Source: Armatimonadota bacterium (GTDB lineage Bacteria; Armatimonadota; Zipacnadia; Zipacnadales; UBA5352). Taken from it: DNA of 19,100 nucleotides. Under the pieces are notes generated by a model that was given only the letters and a program-made list of their open reading frames with translations, was not told the DNA's origin and made no database searches. Each line of letters begins with the position of its first letter. Position 1 is the first letter of the stretch. Positions 1 through 8,653 of the stretch are shown here, piece after piece. Both the position numbers and the translations under genes were made by a program. The stretch is taken from positions 20,782 to 39,881 of the forward strand of contig JAYENL010000100.1 of assembly GCA_034722055.1 (NCBI GenBank), written 5' to 3'.

Positions 1-37
1 AGAGGGCCACGGGGCCGGTCGTGAGCAGTCTCCGCAT
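1..37 (-). CDS. 5' end of a gene running off the left edge (MRRLLTTGPVAL..., signal-peptide-like)
   Basis: ATG at 37-35 with a GGAGGT RBS at 50-45 (7-nt spacing) and an upstream TTGACA promoter. Only 12 codons are visible. Confidence 0.7.
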   Translation of the reverse strand, partial: MRRLLTTGPVAL

Positions 38-65
38 GTGCAGTACCTCCCGATCCCGCCAGCAA

Positions 66-101
66 TACTACTCCCCGTAGTTTATACTACAGCATGTAGT
101 A
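66..101. promoter_or_regulatory. Two tandem palindromic operators, TACTAC-N5-GTAGT(T/A), BlaI/MecI/CopY-type
   Basis: 66-82 TACTACtccccGTAGTT and 85-101 TACTACagcatGTAGTA, in an AT-rich patch overlapping the -10 box. Confidence 0.75.
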
Positions 102-113
102 GGTCGTTGTCAA
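84..113 (-). promoter_or_regulatory. Sigma70-type promoter for the leftward gene
   Basis: Minus strand: perfect TTGACA (113-108), 18-nt spacer, TAGTAT (89-84). Confidence 0.7.
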
Positions 114-203
114 GCCCTCGGTGCAGGCGCGGCAGCATCTCAATTCGTGTTCCGGATACTTGCATTCACGCCGCGCGTGGTTGACGCCCTGCCGTCCCGT
201 TCC

Positions 204-228
204 GTGGCACGGACACTCCTGTCCGTGC
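204..228 (+). repeat. REP-like palindrome (GTGG followed by a hairpin)
   Basis: GTG-GCACGGACA-ctcc-TGTCCGTGC: perfect 9-bp stem, 4-nt loop, 5' GTGG tetranucleotide, intergenic. Only one copy in the window. Confidence 0.5.
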
Positions 229-472
229 GCCGTTGGTGCGCGGGCTCAGCGAGGAACGACAAAGACCGGGCGGGTGAGATCGCTTGCCATCTCCGGAAGC
301 CCGCCCCTCCTGAACGGCTATGCGCCGAATGGAGGGGATGTCCGAGCACCGTGAGGACAGGGGAGGGGAGCTGTCATCGGGGCCGATAGCCGGAGATTGT
401 GAGGCAGGTGATGCCCGGCAGAGCAAAGAAGGGCGTTTGTGACCGATAGCATATGTGACGGAGGCCGGTGTC

Positions 473-922
473 GTGAGAGCCGTCGTGCAGCGCGTCGCCG
501 GGGCGTCCGTGGACGTCGATGGGGAGGTCGTGGGCGAGATCGGCCGTGGCCTCGCGGTCCTGGTGGGCTATGGCGAGGGGGACTCGAGTGAAGATGTGGC
601 CTTCATGGCCGACAAGATCGCCAACCTGCGCGTCTTCGAGGACGAGGAGGGGAAGATGAACCTCTCGGTCTTGGAGATCGGCGGCGGCGTGCTGCTGGTG
701 CCGAACTTCACGCTCTACGGTGACTGCCGGAAAGGGCGCCGCCCCAGCTTCACCGCCGCCTGCGCCCCGGGTCCGGCTGAGGCGATGTTCCAGGAGTTGG
801 CTGAGGAGATCGCGAATAGGCACCTGCAGGTCGAGAGGGGAGTCTTCGGAGCCAGGATGTCGGTCGCCCTGGTGAATGATGGGCCGGTGACGCTGCTTGT
901 GAGCAGCGAAGGGACCTTCTAA
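473..922 (+). CDS. dtd: D-aminoacyl-tRNA deacylase
   Basis: MRAVVQRV N-terminus, xNFTL (SQFTL-like), KGRRPSF and NDGPVT motifs. GTG at 473 follows GGAGG at 460-464, so it is preferred to the ORF-track start at 455. Confidence 0.96.
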   Translation: MRAVVQRVAGASVDVDGEVVGEIGRGLAVLVGYGEGDSSEDVAFMADKIANLRVFEDEEGKMNLSVLEIGGGVLLVPNFTLYGDCRKGRRPSFTAACAPGPAEAMFQELAEEIANRHLQVERGVFGARMSVALVNDGPVTLLVSSEGTF

Positions 923-978
923 GTCGGAAGCGCATCCCGGAAGAGCAGCCCGCCGTCGGTGGCGGGCACGAGATACCG

Positions 979-1833
979 ATGGCCACCGCACGCAAGGACA
1001 ACAGGCACAGCCACCAACAGCGGCTGTCCGGCCTCTACTGCGAGGTCGGCGACGTGCAGGCGCTGCAGTACGACGTCTCCGGCGCCATCTCCAGCTTCCA
1101 GCGCGCCACGGAGCTGGATGGTGACAGCGCCAGAGCTCACCTGGGTCTCGGGGACTCCTACGCTCTGGCGGAGCGCCATGATGACGCCTACGGCGCGTAT
1201 CTCCGGGCGCTTGACGCCGACCCGAGCAATGGGGAGGCGCACTTCTGCCTGGCCGACCTGCTGGCGCGAGGCGGGCGGCTGCGGGACGCCATCTTCGAGA
1301 TGGAGATGGCGGTGGAGTGTGAGCCCGACCGGGCCTACTACTGCTACCGGCTTGCGGACCTGTATGCCCGCGCGGGCGACGAGGAGATGGCGGAGGAGGC
1401 GCTGCGGTGCGCTATCGGCCTGGAGCCCGAAGAGGGGCTGTATCGCTACAAGCTGGGGGAGCTGCACTGCCGGGCGGGAGCCTGGCTCTCCGCGGCCGAG
1501 GCCTATCTCCAGGCCACCCGCTGCGCGCCGCTGGATGACTTCTACCACGTGCGGCTGGCGTCGGCGCTGATCCGGCTGAACCGCCGCGAGGCGGCTGTGA
1601 GGGTCCTGCGCCGCACGGTGCGCATCGCCCCCGACAACCGCGCCTATCGCTACCTGCTGGGCGAGCTGATGGTCCTCGATGGCGACCTGGAGGGCGGGAG
1701 TCACCAGTTGCGCCGCGCGGGTCGCCTCGACGACTACGATCGGGACTACGTGCGGCGCGTGAAGACCCGCGCCGGCCAGCTTGACGAGGACGAGAAGCTG
1801 GTGCTCATCAGCGCCGTGGACCTGCCCGCCTGA
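979..1833 (+). CDS. Tetratricopeptide repeat protein
   Basis: Repeated ~34-aa helical units such as AHLGLGDSY..A..AY.RALDADP and YRYKLGELH..A..AY.QA....P. Confidence 0.88.
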   Translation: MATARKDNRHSHQQRLSGLYCEVGDVQALQYDVSGAISSFQRATELDGDSARAHLGLGDSYALAERHDDAYGAYLRALDADPSNGEAHFCLADLLARGGRLRDAIFEMEMAVECEPDRAYYCYRLADLYARAGDEEMAEEALRCAIGLEPEEGLYRYKLGELHCRAGAWLSAAEAYLQATRCAPLDDFYHVRLASALIRLNRREAAVRVLRRTVRIAPDNRAYRYLLGELMVLDGDLEGGSHQLRRAGRLDDYDRDYVRRVKTRAGQLDEDEKLVLISAVDLPA

Positions 1834-1846
1834 GGGAGCTCCTCGG

Positions 1847-2470
1847 ATGATCCTCGAGACCCTCGTCGTCGGGCCCCTGGAGGCGAACTGCTACCTGGTC
1901 GGCTGCGATCGCACGCGGCGCGGATTCATCGTGGATCCCGGGGCCGAGGCCCAGCGCATCCTCGAGGCCGTAGAGCGGCTTGAGCTGAAGGTGGAGTATC
2001 TCTTCAACACCCACGGCCACGTGGACCACATCGCCGCCAACGCCGCGCTGCAGGAGGCCACCGGCGCCCCCATCGCCGTCCATGAGGCCGACGGCGACCT
2101 GCTGGAGCACCCGCACCCCTTCTGGGCCTCGCTGGTCGGCGGCATCCGGCCATCCTCGCCGGATGTCCTGATGGCGGATGGCGACAGCTTCCAGGTCGGC
2201 GACCTCACCGTCCGCGTCATGCACACCCCGGGACACAGCCCCGGCGGCGTCTGCCTCCTGGTTGAGGACGCTATCTTCACCGGCGACACCCTCTTCGCCA
2301 GCAGCATCGGCCGCACCGACCTTCCCGGCGGGAGCATGGAGACGCTGCAGGAGTCGCTTCGGCGCCTGCGCGAGGAGGTCCCTCCCGAAACGCCCGTGCT
2401 TCCCGGCCACCGCGGGCCCTCCACGATGGCCCACGAGATACGGGCGAACCCCTATATACAGCAGCTCTGA
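1847..2470 (+). CDS. MBL-fold metallo-hydrolase (glyoxalase II / YcbL-like)
   Basis: NCYLV, DPG, THGHVDH (HxHxDH), HTPGHSPG, FTGDTLF, GRTDLPGG and PGH motifs. ATG at 1847 follows GGGAG. Confidence 0.93.
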   Translation: MILETLVVGPLEANCYLVGCDRTRRGFIVDPGAEAQRILEAVERLELKVEYLFNTHGHVDHIAANAALQEATGAPIAVHEADGDLLEHPHPFWASLVGGIRPSSPDVLMADGDSFQVGDLTVRVMHTPGHSPGGVCLLVEDAIFTGDTLFASSIGRTDLPGGSMETLQESLRRLREEVPPETPVLPGHRGPSTMAHEIRANPYIQQL

Positions 2471-2509
2471 GGGCCCGACTTCTTTCGCGCCCTGCAAGGA
2501 GCGGTGAGC

Positions 2510-4822
2510 ATGTATGAGACTGCAGGCAGTCTCCCGAGGACGACGGTGACGCTGGCGCTGATTGCCTCCAGCGCACTTCTCGCCGCTGAATCACCGGCCG
2601 ACGACGGCCCGCCGGTGGCGGAGGTTCATCAGGTTCCAGAAGAGCCACCGGAGCACGGCCACCCCATGCTGGTCGTGGACGGCGATCCCTGGGCGCCCAT
2701 CATCTATCGCGAGAACCTCCCCTGGCGTGAGCTGGACCTGGGCGTGCAGCACTACCGGCAGATGGCCGACGCCGGCGTCCGGCTGTTCCTCGTGGGCACC
2801 GGCATCGGTCTTACGCGCTCCCGCGAAAGGCGAGAAGCGGGGTGGGAGCAGTACTTCGTCCCAATTATCGAGAAGGTCCTGAAGGCCGTGGGCCCGGACT
2901 CCAGGCTCATCCTGCTGCTGACAACCACGCTGCGGCGCAACTCGTACCCCGACTGGGCTGAGGCGAATCCCGGCGAGATGATGGTCTGGCCGCCCGACAT
3001 GCAGCCGGGCGACCGGGCCTCCGTGTCGTCCCTGAAGTGGCGCCAGCTCGCCCACGAGGCGCTTCGGCACATGTGCGACTGGGTCAACCGCAGCCCCTAC
3101 GCCGACCGCATCGTGGGCTACTTCCTCTGCGGTGGCGAGGGCGAGTGGCTGGACTACTGGGATTACAGCCCGGCGGCGGTCGCGTCCTTCCGCCGGTGGC
3201 TGGCCGACCGCTACGAGACGGACGCCGCGCTCCGCGAGGCCTGGGCGGACCAGGAGGTCAGCCTCCAGACGGCGGAGCTGCCGGCGTGGGAGGAGCTCTT
3301 CCAGGCGGATGTGGGCCTGTTCCGGGATCCCGCCCGGTCGCGGCACGTGACGGACTTCATGCAGTGGTATCACGAGGATCTGGCCCGGGCCGCGTCGGAG
3401 CTGGCCGCGACCGTGAGGGAGGCAGACGGCGGCCGGCGCCCGGTGGGGCTCTGGAACGGCTACTACTTCCTCGCCGGCTGGTCGCGGCCGGAGCGGGGAG
3501 TCTTCCGCCGCAGGCAGGGAGCCTTCAACCTGCTGCTGGAGGACCCGAACATCGACTTCTTCGTGGCGCCATACAGCTACGGGGAGCGCTATCCCGGCGG
3601 CGTGTTCATCCCGCAGTTCCTCAACGACTCCATGGCCCTGCACGGCAAGCTGGCCATCGTGGAGGAGGACTCCCGCACGGTCATGGCGGCGCAGGTGGAC
3701 GCCGCCTACGACCCCGAGAGGTCCGACCGCCCCTACGTGACCATCGGCGACAGCTTCGGCCGCAGCCGCAGCATCGCCGAGAGCGTCGCGGTGATGAAGC
3801 GCAACTTCGCGGGCTGCTTCACCAAGCCTGGGACGGGCCTGTGGTGGTACTGCCTGGGCAGCAAGGGCGGCTGGTACGACCATCCGCGGCTGCTCGAGAC
3901 CGTCACCGCCCTGAAGCAGGTCGCCGAGCGCACCATGCGCCTCGACCGCCGGCGGGCCGAGATCGCGGTGATCGTGAGCAACAGGTCGCTGTGGTACCAG
4001 AAGTTCAATGCCCTGCAGCAGGACCTCATCGCCAGGCAGACCATCCAGGGCCTGGCGCGGATCGGCGCCCCCTACGATGTCTATCTGGACACCGACCTGC
4101 AGCACCCTCGCTTCCCGTTCGACCGCTATCGCCTCTTCATCTTCCTCAATACCTTCCACCTGACCGACGAGCAGCGGCGCGTGATTGCCGAGCGAGTTCA
4201 GACGCAGGACCGGACGCTCCTGTGCCTCTACGCCACGGGCTTTGTGGGCGATGAGTCCCTTTCGGTGGAGGGCGTGCGGGAGATCACGGGCATGGAGATC
4301 GCGCTCGCCGAGGTCAGCCTCATGAAGGGCGCCGAGGTCGTGCTGACCGATCTCGACCACCCCATCACGGCTGACCTGCCAGGCGCGACGCGCTTCGGCA
4401 CCTGCCATGAGATCGGGCCCATCATGTGGTGCGACGACCCCAGGGCGAGGGTCCTCGGCGACCTCGTGGCCACCGATGAGTCAGGCGGGGTCTTCACGCT
4501 GGCGAAGCGTGGTGGGCTGGCGGTGAAGCGCGCCGAGGACTGGACCTGCGTGTGGTCGGCAGTTCCCGGACTGCCGCCCGCCCTGCTGCGGGGCATCGCG
4601 GCCCGGGCGGGCGTTCACATTTACGACACGAGCAATGACGTCGTCTTCGCCAGCGAGCGGCTGCTTGGCGTGCACGCGCTGCAGGGCGGCCCGCAGCTCA
4701 TACGCCTTCCCCGCCGGAGGCGGGTCATCGACGCCATGACCGGCGCGGTGATCGCCGACGCCGCGCGGGAGTTCAGCGCCGACCTGCCGGCGCGGGGAAC
4801 CGGGCTCTGGGAGCTCAGGTAG
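2510..4822 (+). CDS. Putative secreted glycoside hydrolase, GH42/beta-galactosidase-like (TIM barrel plus trimerisation-like domain)
   Basis: ~770-aa ORF. AAGGAG RBS sits 8 nt before ATG 2510. Hydrophobic N-terminus, GEGEW and DYSPAAVASFRRWL..RY..ALREAW segments typical of GH42-like proteins, and an EEDSRT segment. Substrate cannot be determined. Confidence 0.65.
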   Translation: MYETAGSLPRTTVTLALIASSALLAAESPADDGPPVAEVHQVPEEPPEHGHPMLVVDGDPWAPIIYRENLPWRELDLGVQHYRQMADAGVRLFLVGTGIGLTRSRERREAGWEQYFVPIIEKVLKAVGPDSRLILLLTTTLRRNSYPDWAEANPGEMMVWPPDMQPGDRASVSSLKWRQLAHEALRHMCDWVNRSPYADRIVGYFLCGGEGEWLDYWDYSPAAVASFRRWLADRYETDAALREAWADQEVSLQTAELPAWEELFQADVGLFRDPARSRHVTDFMQWYHEDLARAASELAATVREADGGRRPVGLWNGYYFLAGWSRPERGVFRRRQGAFNLLLEDPNIDFFVAPYSYGERYPGGVFIPQFLNDSMALHGKLAIVEEDSRTVMAAQVDAAYDPERSDRPYVTIGDSFGRSRSIAESVAVMKRNFAGCFTKPGTGLWWYCLGSKGGWYDHPRLLETVTALKQVAERTMRLDRRRAEIAVIVSNRSLWYQKFNALQQDLIARQTIQGLARIGAPYDVYLDTDLQHPRFPFDRYRLFIFLNTFHLTDEQRRVIAERVQTQDRTLLCLYATGFVGDESLSVEGVREITGMEIALAEVSLMKGAEVVLTDLDHPITADLPGATRFGTCHEIGPIMWCDDPRARVLGDLVATDESGGVFTLAKRGGLAVKRAEDWTCVWSAVPGLPPALLRGIAARAGVHIYDTSNDVVFASERLLGVHALQGGPQLIRLPRRRRVIDAMTGAVIADAAREFSADLPARGTGLWELR

Positions 4823-4827
4823 GGCTG

Positions 4828-4845
4828 GCGGGCGCCCCCGCCCGC
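4828..4845 (+). terminator. GC hairpin after the glycoside hydrolase stop (terminator- or REP-like)
   Basis: GCGGGCG-cccc-CGCCCGC. There is no strong U-tract. Confidence 0.3.
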
Positions 4846-4887
4846 GCGTTCCGTGGACACTACGGGTTCGCACTCCGCCGCAGCTGC

Positions 4888-4917
4888 TTGTCCGCGTCGC
4901 CCGCTTCGTGTTAGAAT
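4888..4917 (+). promoter_or_regulatory. Extended -10 sigma70 promoter for the SPOR-deoB operon
   Basis: TTGTCC (4888-4893), 18 nt, then TG-t-TAGAAT (4909-4917). Confidence 0.55.
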
Positions 4918-5019
4918 CCCTGTGAGTTGACGCAGATTCGCAGCCCATAAGACCGCGCAGTGGTCTGCCTGAGGTCGCTCCGTGGTCTCCCGCAGCCAGT
5001 ATCATCGGAGGAGACGGTC

Positions 5020-5736
5020 ATGGCCTCGCGCAAGCGCTCCCTCGGTCAGCGGCTCGTGGACAGCCTCAAGTTCTGGCTGGTCGTTGCCATCCTGTCCGGG
5101 ATCCTCGGGGCCGGGGCCTGCTACTTCGGACGCAACTACGTGGGCCGGCATCTGCACGAGATGGAAGTCAGGCAACGGGCCCCGGAGATTACGCCACAGC
5201 CGCCGACGGCGCTGGCAGCAGATGAAGCCGATGATGAGCCGCCGGTCAAGCCGGTGGTCATCGTGCACGAGCGCGAGCCCTCCTCCCGGGAGAAGCGCCG
5301 GGTGGTGCGCGAGTTGAGCCGCCCTCAGGACGGCGCTCAGCTCCACGCCGCAGAGGCGGCCCGGGAGGAGGCGGCTGCCGAGGAACAGCAGCCGGCCGAG
5401 GACGAGGACGAAAAGACCCGTGAGGCTGAAGACGAGGCTGGGCGGGCGAGTGCGCCCGCCCCCCAGACGGCGGCTGACGAGCAGCCGGCGGAGACGGCTG
5501 GTGAGCAGTACGTGGTCTCCGCCGGCTCCTTCGCCGACGCGAGTAACGCCAAGCGCCAGGTGGAGCGCCTCACCGAGCGCGGCTACCAGCCTTACATCAC
5601 CACCGTCGAGAAGGACGATATCACCTACAGGCGGGTCAACGTTGGAGTCTTCGGGGAGCGGGAGCAGGCCGAGCAGGTGAAGGATCGCCTTCGCTCGCAG
5701 GGCTTTGACGCCGCCGTGTGGACCGAACAGGGGTAG
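5020..5736 (+). CDS. SPOR-domain membrane-anchored protein (FtsN/DedD-like architecture)
   Basis: N-terminal TM helix, acidic/Pro linker, C-terminal YVVSAGSF...NA......L...GY...YRRVNVGVF..REQAE...L...GFDA. GGAGGA RBS before ATG 5020. Confidence 0.88.
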   Translation: MASRKRSLGQRLVDSLKFWLVVAILSGILGAGACYFGRNYVGRHLHEMEVRQRAPEITPQPPTALAADEADDEPPVKPVVIVHEREPSSREKRRVVRELSRPQDGAQLHAAEAAREEAAAEEQQPAEDEDEKTREAEDEAGRASAPAPQTAADEQPAETAGEQYVVSAGSFADASNAKRQVERLTERGYQPYITTVEKDDITYRRVNVGVFGEREQAEQVKDRLRSQGFDAAVWTEQG

Positions 5737-5742
5737 CGTACA

Positions 5743-6936
5743 CTGCCGCAGGTTGAGCGCATCGCGGTCGTGGTGCTGGACAGCGTCGGGGTCGGTGACG
5801 CCCCCGACGCGGCCGACTTCGGCGACCAGGGAAGCGACACCCTGGGGAACACCTCGCGGGCGGTCGGCGGGCTGGCGCTGCCCAACCTGCAGGCTCTGGG
5901 TCTGGGCAACATCCACGACATCCAGGGCGTGCCCTCGGCGGGGCAGCCGCGCGCGGTCCTCGGCCGCATGGCGGAGCGCTCCGCCGGCAAGGACACCCTC
6001 ACGGGCCACTGGGAGCTGATGGGCCAGGTCAGGGACCGGGCCTTCCCGACCTATCCGGATGGCTTCCCGGACGAGGTCATCGCGCAGTTCGAGGAGCGGA
6101 CCGGCCGGGCGGTGATCGGCAATCGCCCGGCGTCCGGGACGGTCATCATCGAGGAGCTCATCGACGAGCACCTCGACAGCGGCGCCCTCATCGTCTACAC
6201 CTCCGCCGACAGCGTCTTCCAGATCGCGGCACACAAAGAGGTCGTGCCGCTGGAGGAGCTGTACCGGGACTGCCGCATCGCGCGCGGGATCCTCACCGGC
6301 GAGCATGAGGTGGCGCGAGTGATCGCCCGGCCGTTCGTGGGCGAGCCGGGGGCGCTGCGGCGCACCGATGAGCGGAAGGACTTGGCCCTTCCGCCGCCCC
6401 AGCCGACGGCTCTCGACCTGCTGCAGAGCGCCGGCGTGGAGGTCATCGGGGTGGGGAAGATCGAGGACATCTTTTCCGGTCGGGGCCTCGACGCGTCCCA
6501 CCACATCCACGACAATGCCGACGGATGCGAGATCATCATGGACCTGCTGCGCGACCGCGCCGGTGGGCTGGTCTTCGCGAACCTCAACGATTTCGACACC
6601 AGGTTCGGCCACCGGAATGACCCCGAGGGCTACGCCGGGGCCCTGGAGGAGTTCGACGGCTACCTGCCACAGATGCTGGACGCGCTGGGCGAGCGGGCGC
6701 TGCTGGTGCTGACGGCCGATCATGGCACAGACCCGACCACGGAGAGCACCGACCACTCCCGGGAGCGGGTGCCACTGCTGATCGCCGGCGAGGCTGTGCA
6801 GGAGGGGCAGCACCTGGGGACGCGGGAGACCTTCGCCGATCTCGGCGCCACGGTCTGCGACCTGTTCGGCGCCGAGGCGCCGCCCGGCGGGGAAAGCTTT
6901 GCGGCCGAGCTGCTCGAAGCGGGGCCGGCGGCATGA
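5743..6936 (+). CDS. deoB: Phosphopentomutase
   Basis: VLDSVGVG, DxGSDTLG, GKDTLTGHWE, YTSADSVFQIAAH, RVIARPF, GHRND, TADHGxDP and TDHSRE motifs. The start is uncertain: CTG 5743 proposed, first GTG at 5770. Confidence 0.95.
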   Translation: MPQVERIAVVVLDSVGVGDAPDAADFGDQGSDTLGNTSRAVGGLALPNLQALGLGNIHDIQGVPSAGQPRAVLGRMAERSAGKDTLTGHWELMGQVRDRAFPTYPDGFPDEVIAQFEERTGRAVIGNRPASGTVIIEELIDEHLDSGALIVYTSADSVFQIAAHKEVVPLEELYRDCRIARGILTGEHEVARVIARPFVGEPGALRRTDERKDLALPPPQPTALDLLQSAGVEVIGVGKIEDIFSGRGLDASHHIHDNADGCEIIMDLLRDRAGGLVFANLNDFDTRFGHRNDPEGYAGALEEFDGYLPQMLDALGERALLVLTADHGTDPTTESTDHSRERVPLLIAGEAVQEGQHLGTRETFADLGATVCDLFGAEAPPGGESFAAELLEAGPAA

Positions 6937-8258
6937 GCTACGACATCCGCAGGCTCAGCGAGCGCAAGCGCCGCGGCGAGGCGCTCGGGGGCGATGAGAT
7001 CCGCTGGGTGGTGGAGGCCTACACCTCGGGGGAGATCGACGATGCGCCCATGGCGGCGTGGCTGATGGCCGTCTGCTGCGGGGGGATGACCGACCAGGAG
7101 ACGTGGCACCTCACCGACGCCATGGCGCGCTCGGGGGAGATGCTGGACCTGTCCGGGATGCCGCGGCCCACGGCGGACAAGCACTCCACCGGCGGGGTGG
7201 GCGACAAGGTCACGCTGGTGGCGGCGCCTGTCGCGGCAGCCTGCGGGGCCTGTGTGGCGAAGATGAGCGGCCGCGGCCTGGGGCACACCGGCGGGACCAT
7301 CGACAAGCTGGAGGCCATCCCGGGCCTGCGCACCGAGATCGCGCCCGACGAGTTCCTCGCGCAGGCGGAGGCCATCGGGCTGGTGGTGGCGGCGCAAAGC
7401 AGCCGGCTGGCGCCGGCCGACGGCAGGATGTATGCGCTGCGGGATGCTACCGGGACCGTTGACAGCCCGGCGCTGATCGCCTCCAGCATCATGAGCAAGA
7501 AGATCGCCGCCGGCGCGGAGGTCATCGTGCTGGATGTCACAGTCGGCAGCGGGGCCTTCATGCAAAGCCTCGACGAGGCCCGCGCGCTGGCGGAGCTGAT
7601 GGTGGCGCTGGGGCAGCGTGCCGGCCGGCGGGTGGCCGCGCTGCTCACGGACATGGAGGCGCCTCTCGGCCGCGCGGTCGGGAACGCCGTCGAGGTCGAG
7701 GAGGCCGTGGCGGTGCTGCGCGGGGAGGGCCCCGCGGACGTCCAGGAGGTCTCGGTGGCCGTCGCCAGCCGGATGCTGGCGCTGTCGGGCGTGTGCGCCG
7801 ATATTGCCCGGGGGCGGTCGGCTGCCGTGGAGGCCATTGACTCCGGGATGGCGCTGGACAAGCTGCGGGAGATGATCCAGGCCCAGGGCGGGGACGCCGA
7901 GGCGCTGGCGCGCCCCATGCTGGGTCACGAGCCGATGGCGCGAGAGACGCTGAGGGCGTCCCGAGCAGGAGTCATCAGTCGCATCGACGCCCGCGGGGTG
8001 GGATATGCGGCGCTCGCGGCGGGCGCGGGCAGGCGGCGGAAAAGGGACGAGCTGGACCCCGGCGCCGGCCTGCGGCTGCTGCGCGTGGAGGGCGACCGGG
8101 TGTCGGCGGGCGAGGTCCTCGCAGAGGTGATGGCAAGCTCGGGGGAGCGAGTGGACGAGGCCGTGGCGGAGCTGCGCGCGGCCATCGAGATCGGCGACGG
8201 CAGCCCCGAGGAGCGTCCGCTGGTGATCGACAGCATTCCGCCGGAGGTCGCGCGATGA
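6933..8258 (+). CDS. pdp: Pyrimidine-nucleoside / thymidine phosphorylase
   Basis: DKHSTGGVGDK, KMSGRGLGHTGGTIDKLE, YALRDATGTV and SSIMSKK motifs. ATGA overlap with the deoB stop. Confidence 0.95.
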   Translation: MSYDIRRLSERKRRGEALGGDEIRWVVEAYTSGEIDDAPMAAWLMAVCCGGMTDQETWHLTDAMARSGEMLDLSGMPRPTADKHSTGGVGDKVTLVAAPVAAACGACVAKMSGRGLGHTGGTIDKLEAIPGLRTEIAPDEFLAQAEAIGLVVAAQSSRLAPADGRMYALRDATGTVDSPALIASSIMSKKIAAGAEVIVLDVTVGSGAFMQSLDEARALAELMVALGQRAGRRVAALLTDMEAPLGRAVGNAVEVEEAVAVLRGEGPADVQEVSVAVASRMLALSGVCADIARGRSAAVEAIDSGMALDKLREMIQAQGGDAEALARPMLGHEPMARETLRASRAGVISRIDARGVGYAALAAGAGRRRKRDELDPGAGLRLLRVEGDRVSAGEVLAEVMASSGERVDEAVAELRAAIEIGDGSPEERPLVIDSIPPEVAR

Positions 8259-8653
8259 TCGGCGGCAAGAGCTGGCTGGACCTGGCGGTGGTGGCCGGCG
8301 CGGTGATGGGCTTCGTGACGCTGATGCTCGTCATCCAGGGCCGCGACCGCGGACGCACGAACCGCGAGATCGCCTGCACCGCCGCCCTGGTGTGCGCCAG
8401 CGTGGCGCTGACCATGGCCCTCGCATGGCTGCTGGAGAGCCGCTGGGGCGGACCCATCTTCGACGTGCAGATGGCGCCGGGCCCGCGCGTGGTGACGCGC
8501 TCTCTGACAGGCATTGAGGCCGTGGCGCTGGCCGCGGTGATGGCGGTGCTGATTGGGCTCTACATCACGTCGATACTGGCGGTGAAGCGTCTGCTGGAGC
8601 CCGAGAGGGGCGCGCAGGCGTCGCGAGACACAGGCGAGGGGGAGCGCACGTGA
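8255..8653 (+). CDS. Small membrane protein, about 3 TM helices, function unknown
   Basis: Three hydrophobic stretches, GGAGG RBS, and 4-nt start/stop overlaps at both ends. Confidence 0.75.
   Translation: MIGGKSWLDLAVVAGAVMGFVTLMLVIQGRDRGRTNREIACTAALVCASVALTMALAWLLESRWGGPIFDVQMAPGPRVVTRSLTGIEAVALAAVMAVLIGLYITSILAVKRLLEPERGAQASRDTGEGERT

Noticed and set aside
121..426. Short ORFs in the left intergenic region
   Set aside because: They are mutually overlapping, low-complexity and without RBS or motif support.
948..967. GCCCGCC-gtcggt-GGCGGGC hairpin between dtd and the TPR gene as a terminator
   Set aside because: It has no U-tract and lies inside an apparent operon, so no function can be supported.
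2591..4408. Long antisense or alternate-frame ORFs (e.g. 2591-4408, 5002-6813, 6720-7928, 14586-16046, 17030-18298)
   Set aside because: These are shadows of well-supported genes in high-GC DNA and show no recognisable motifs.
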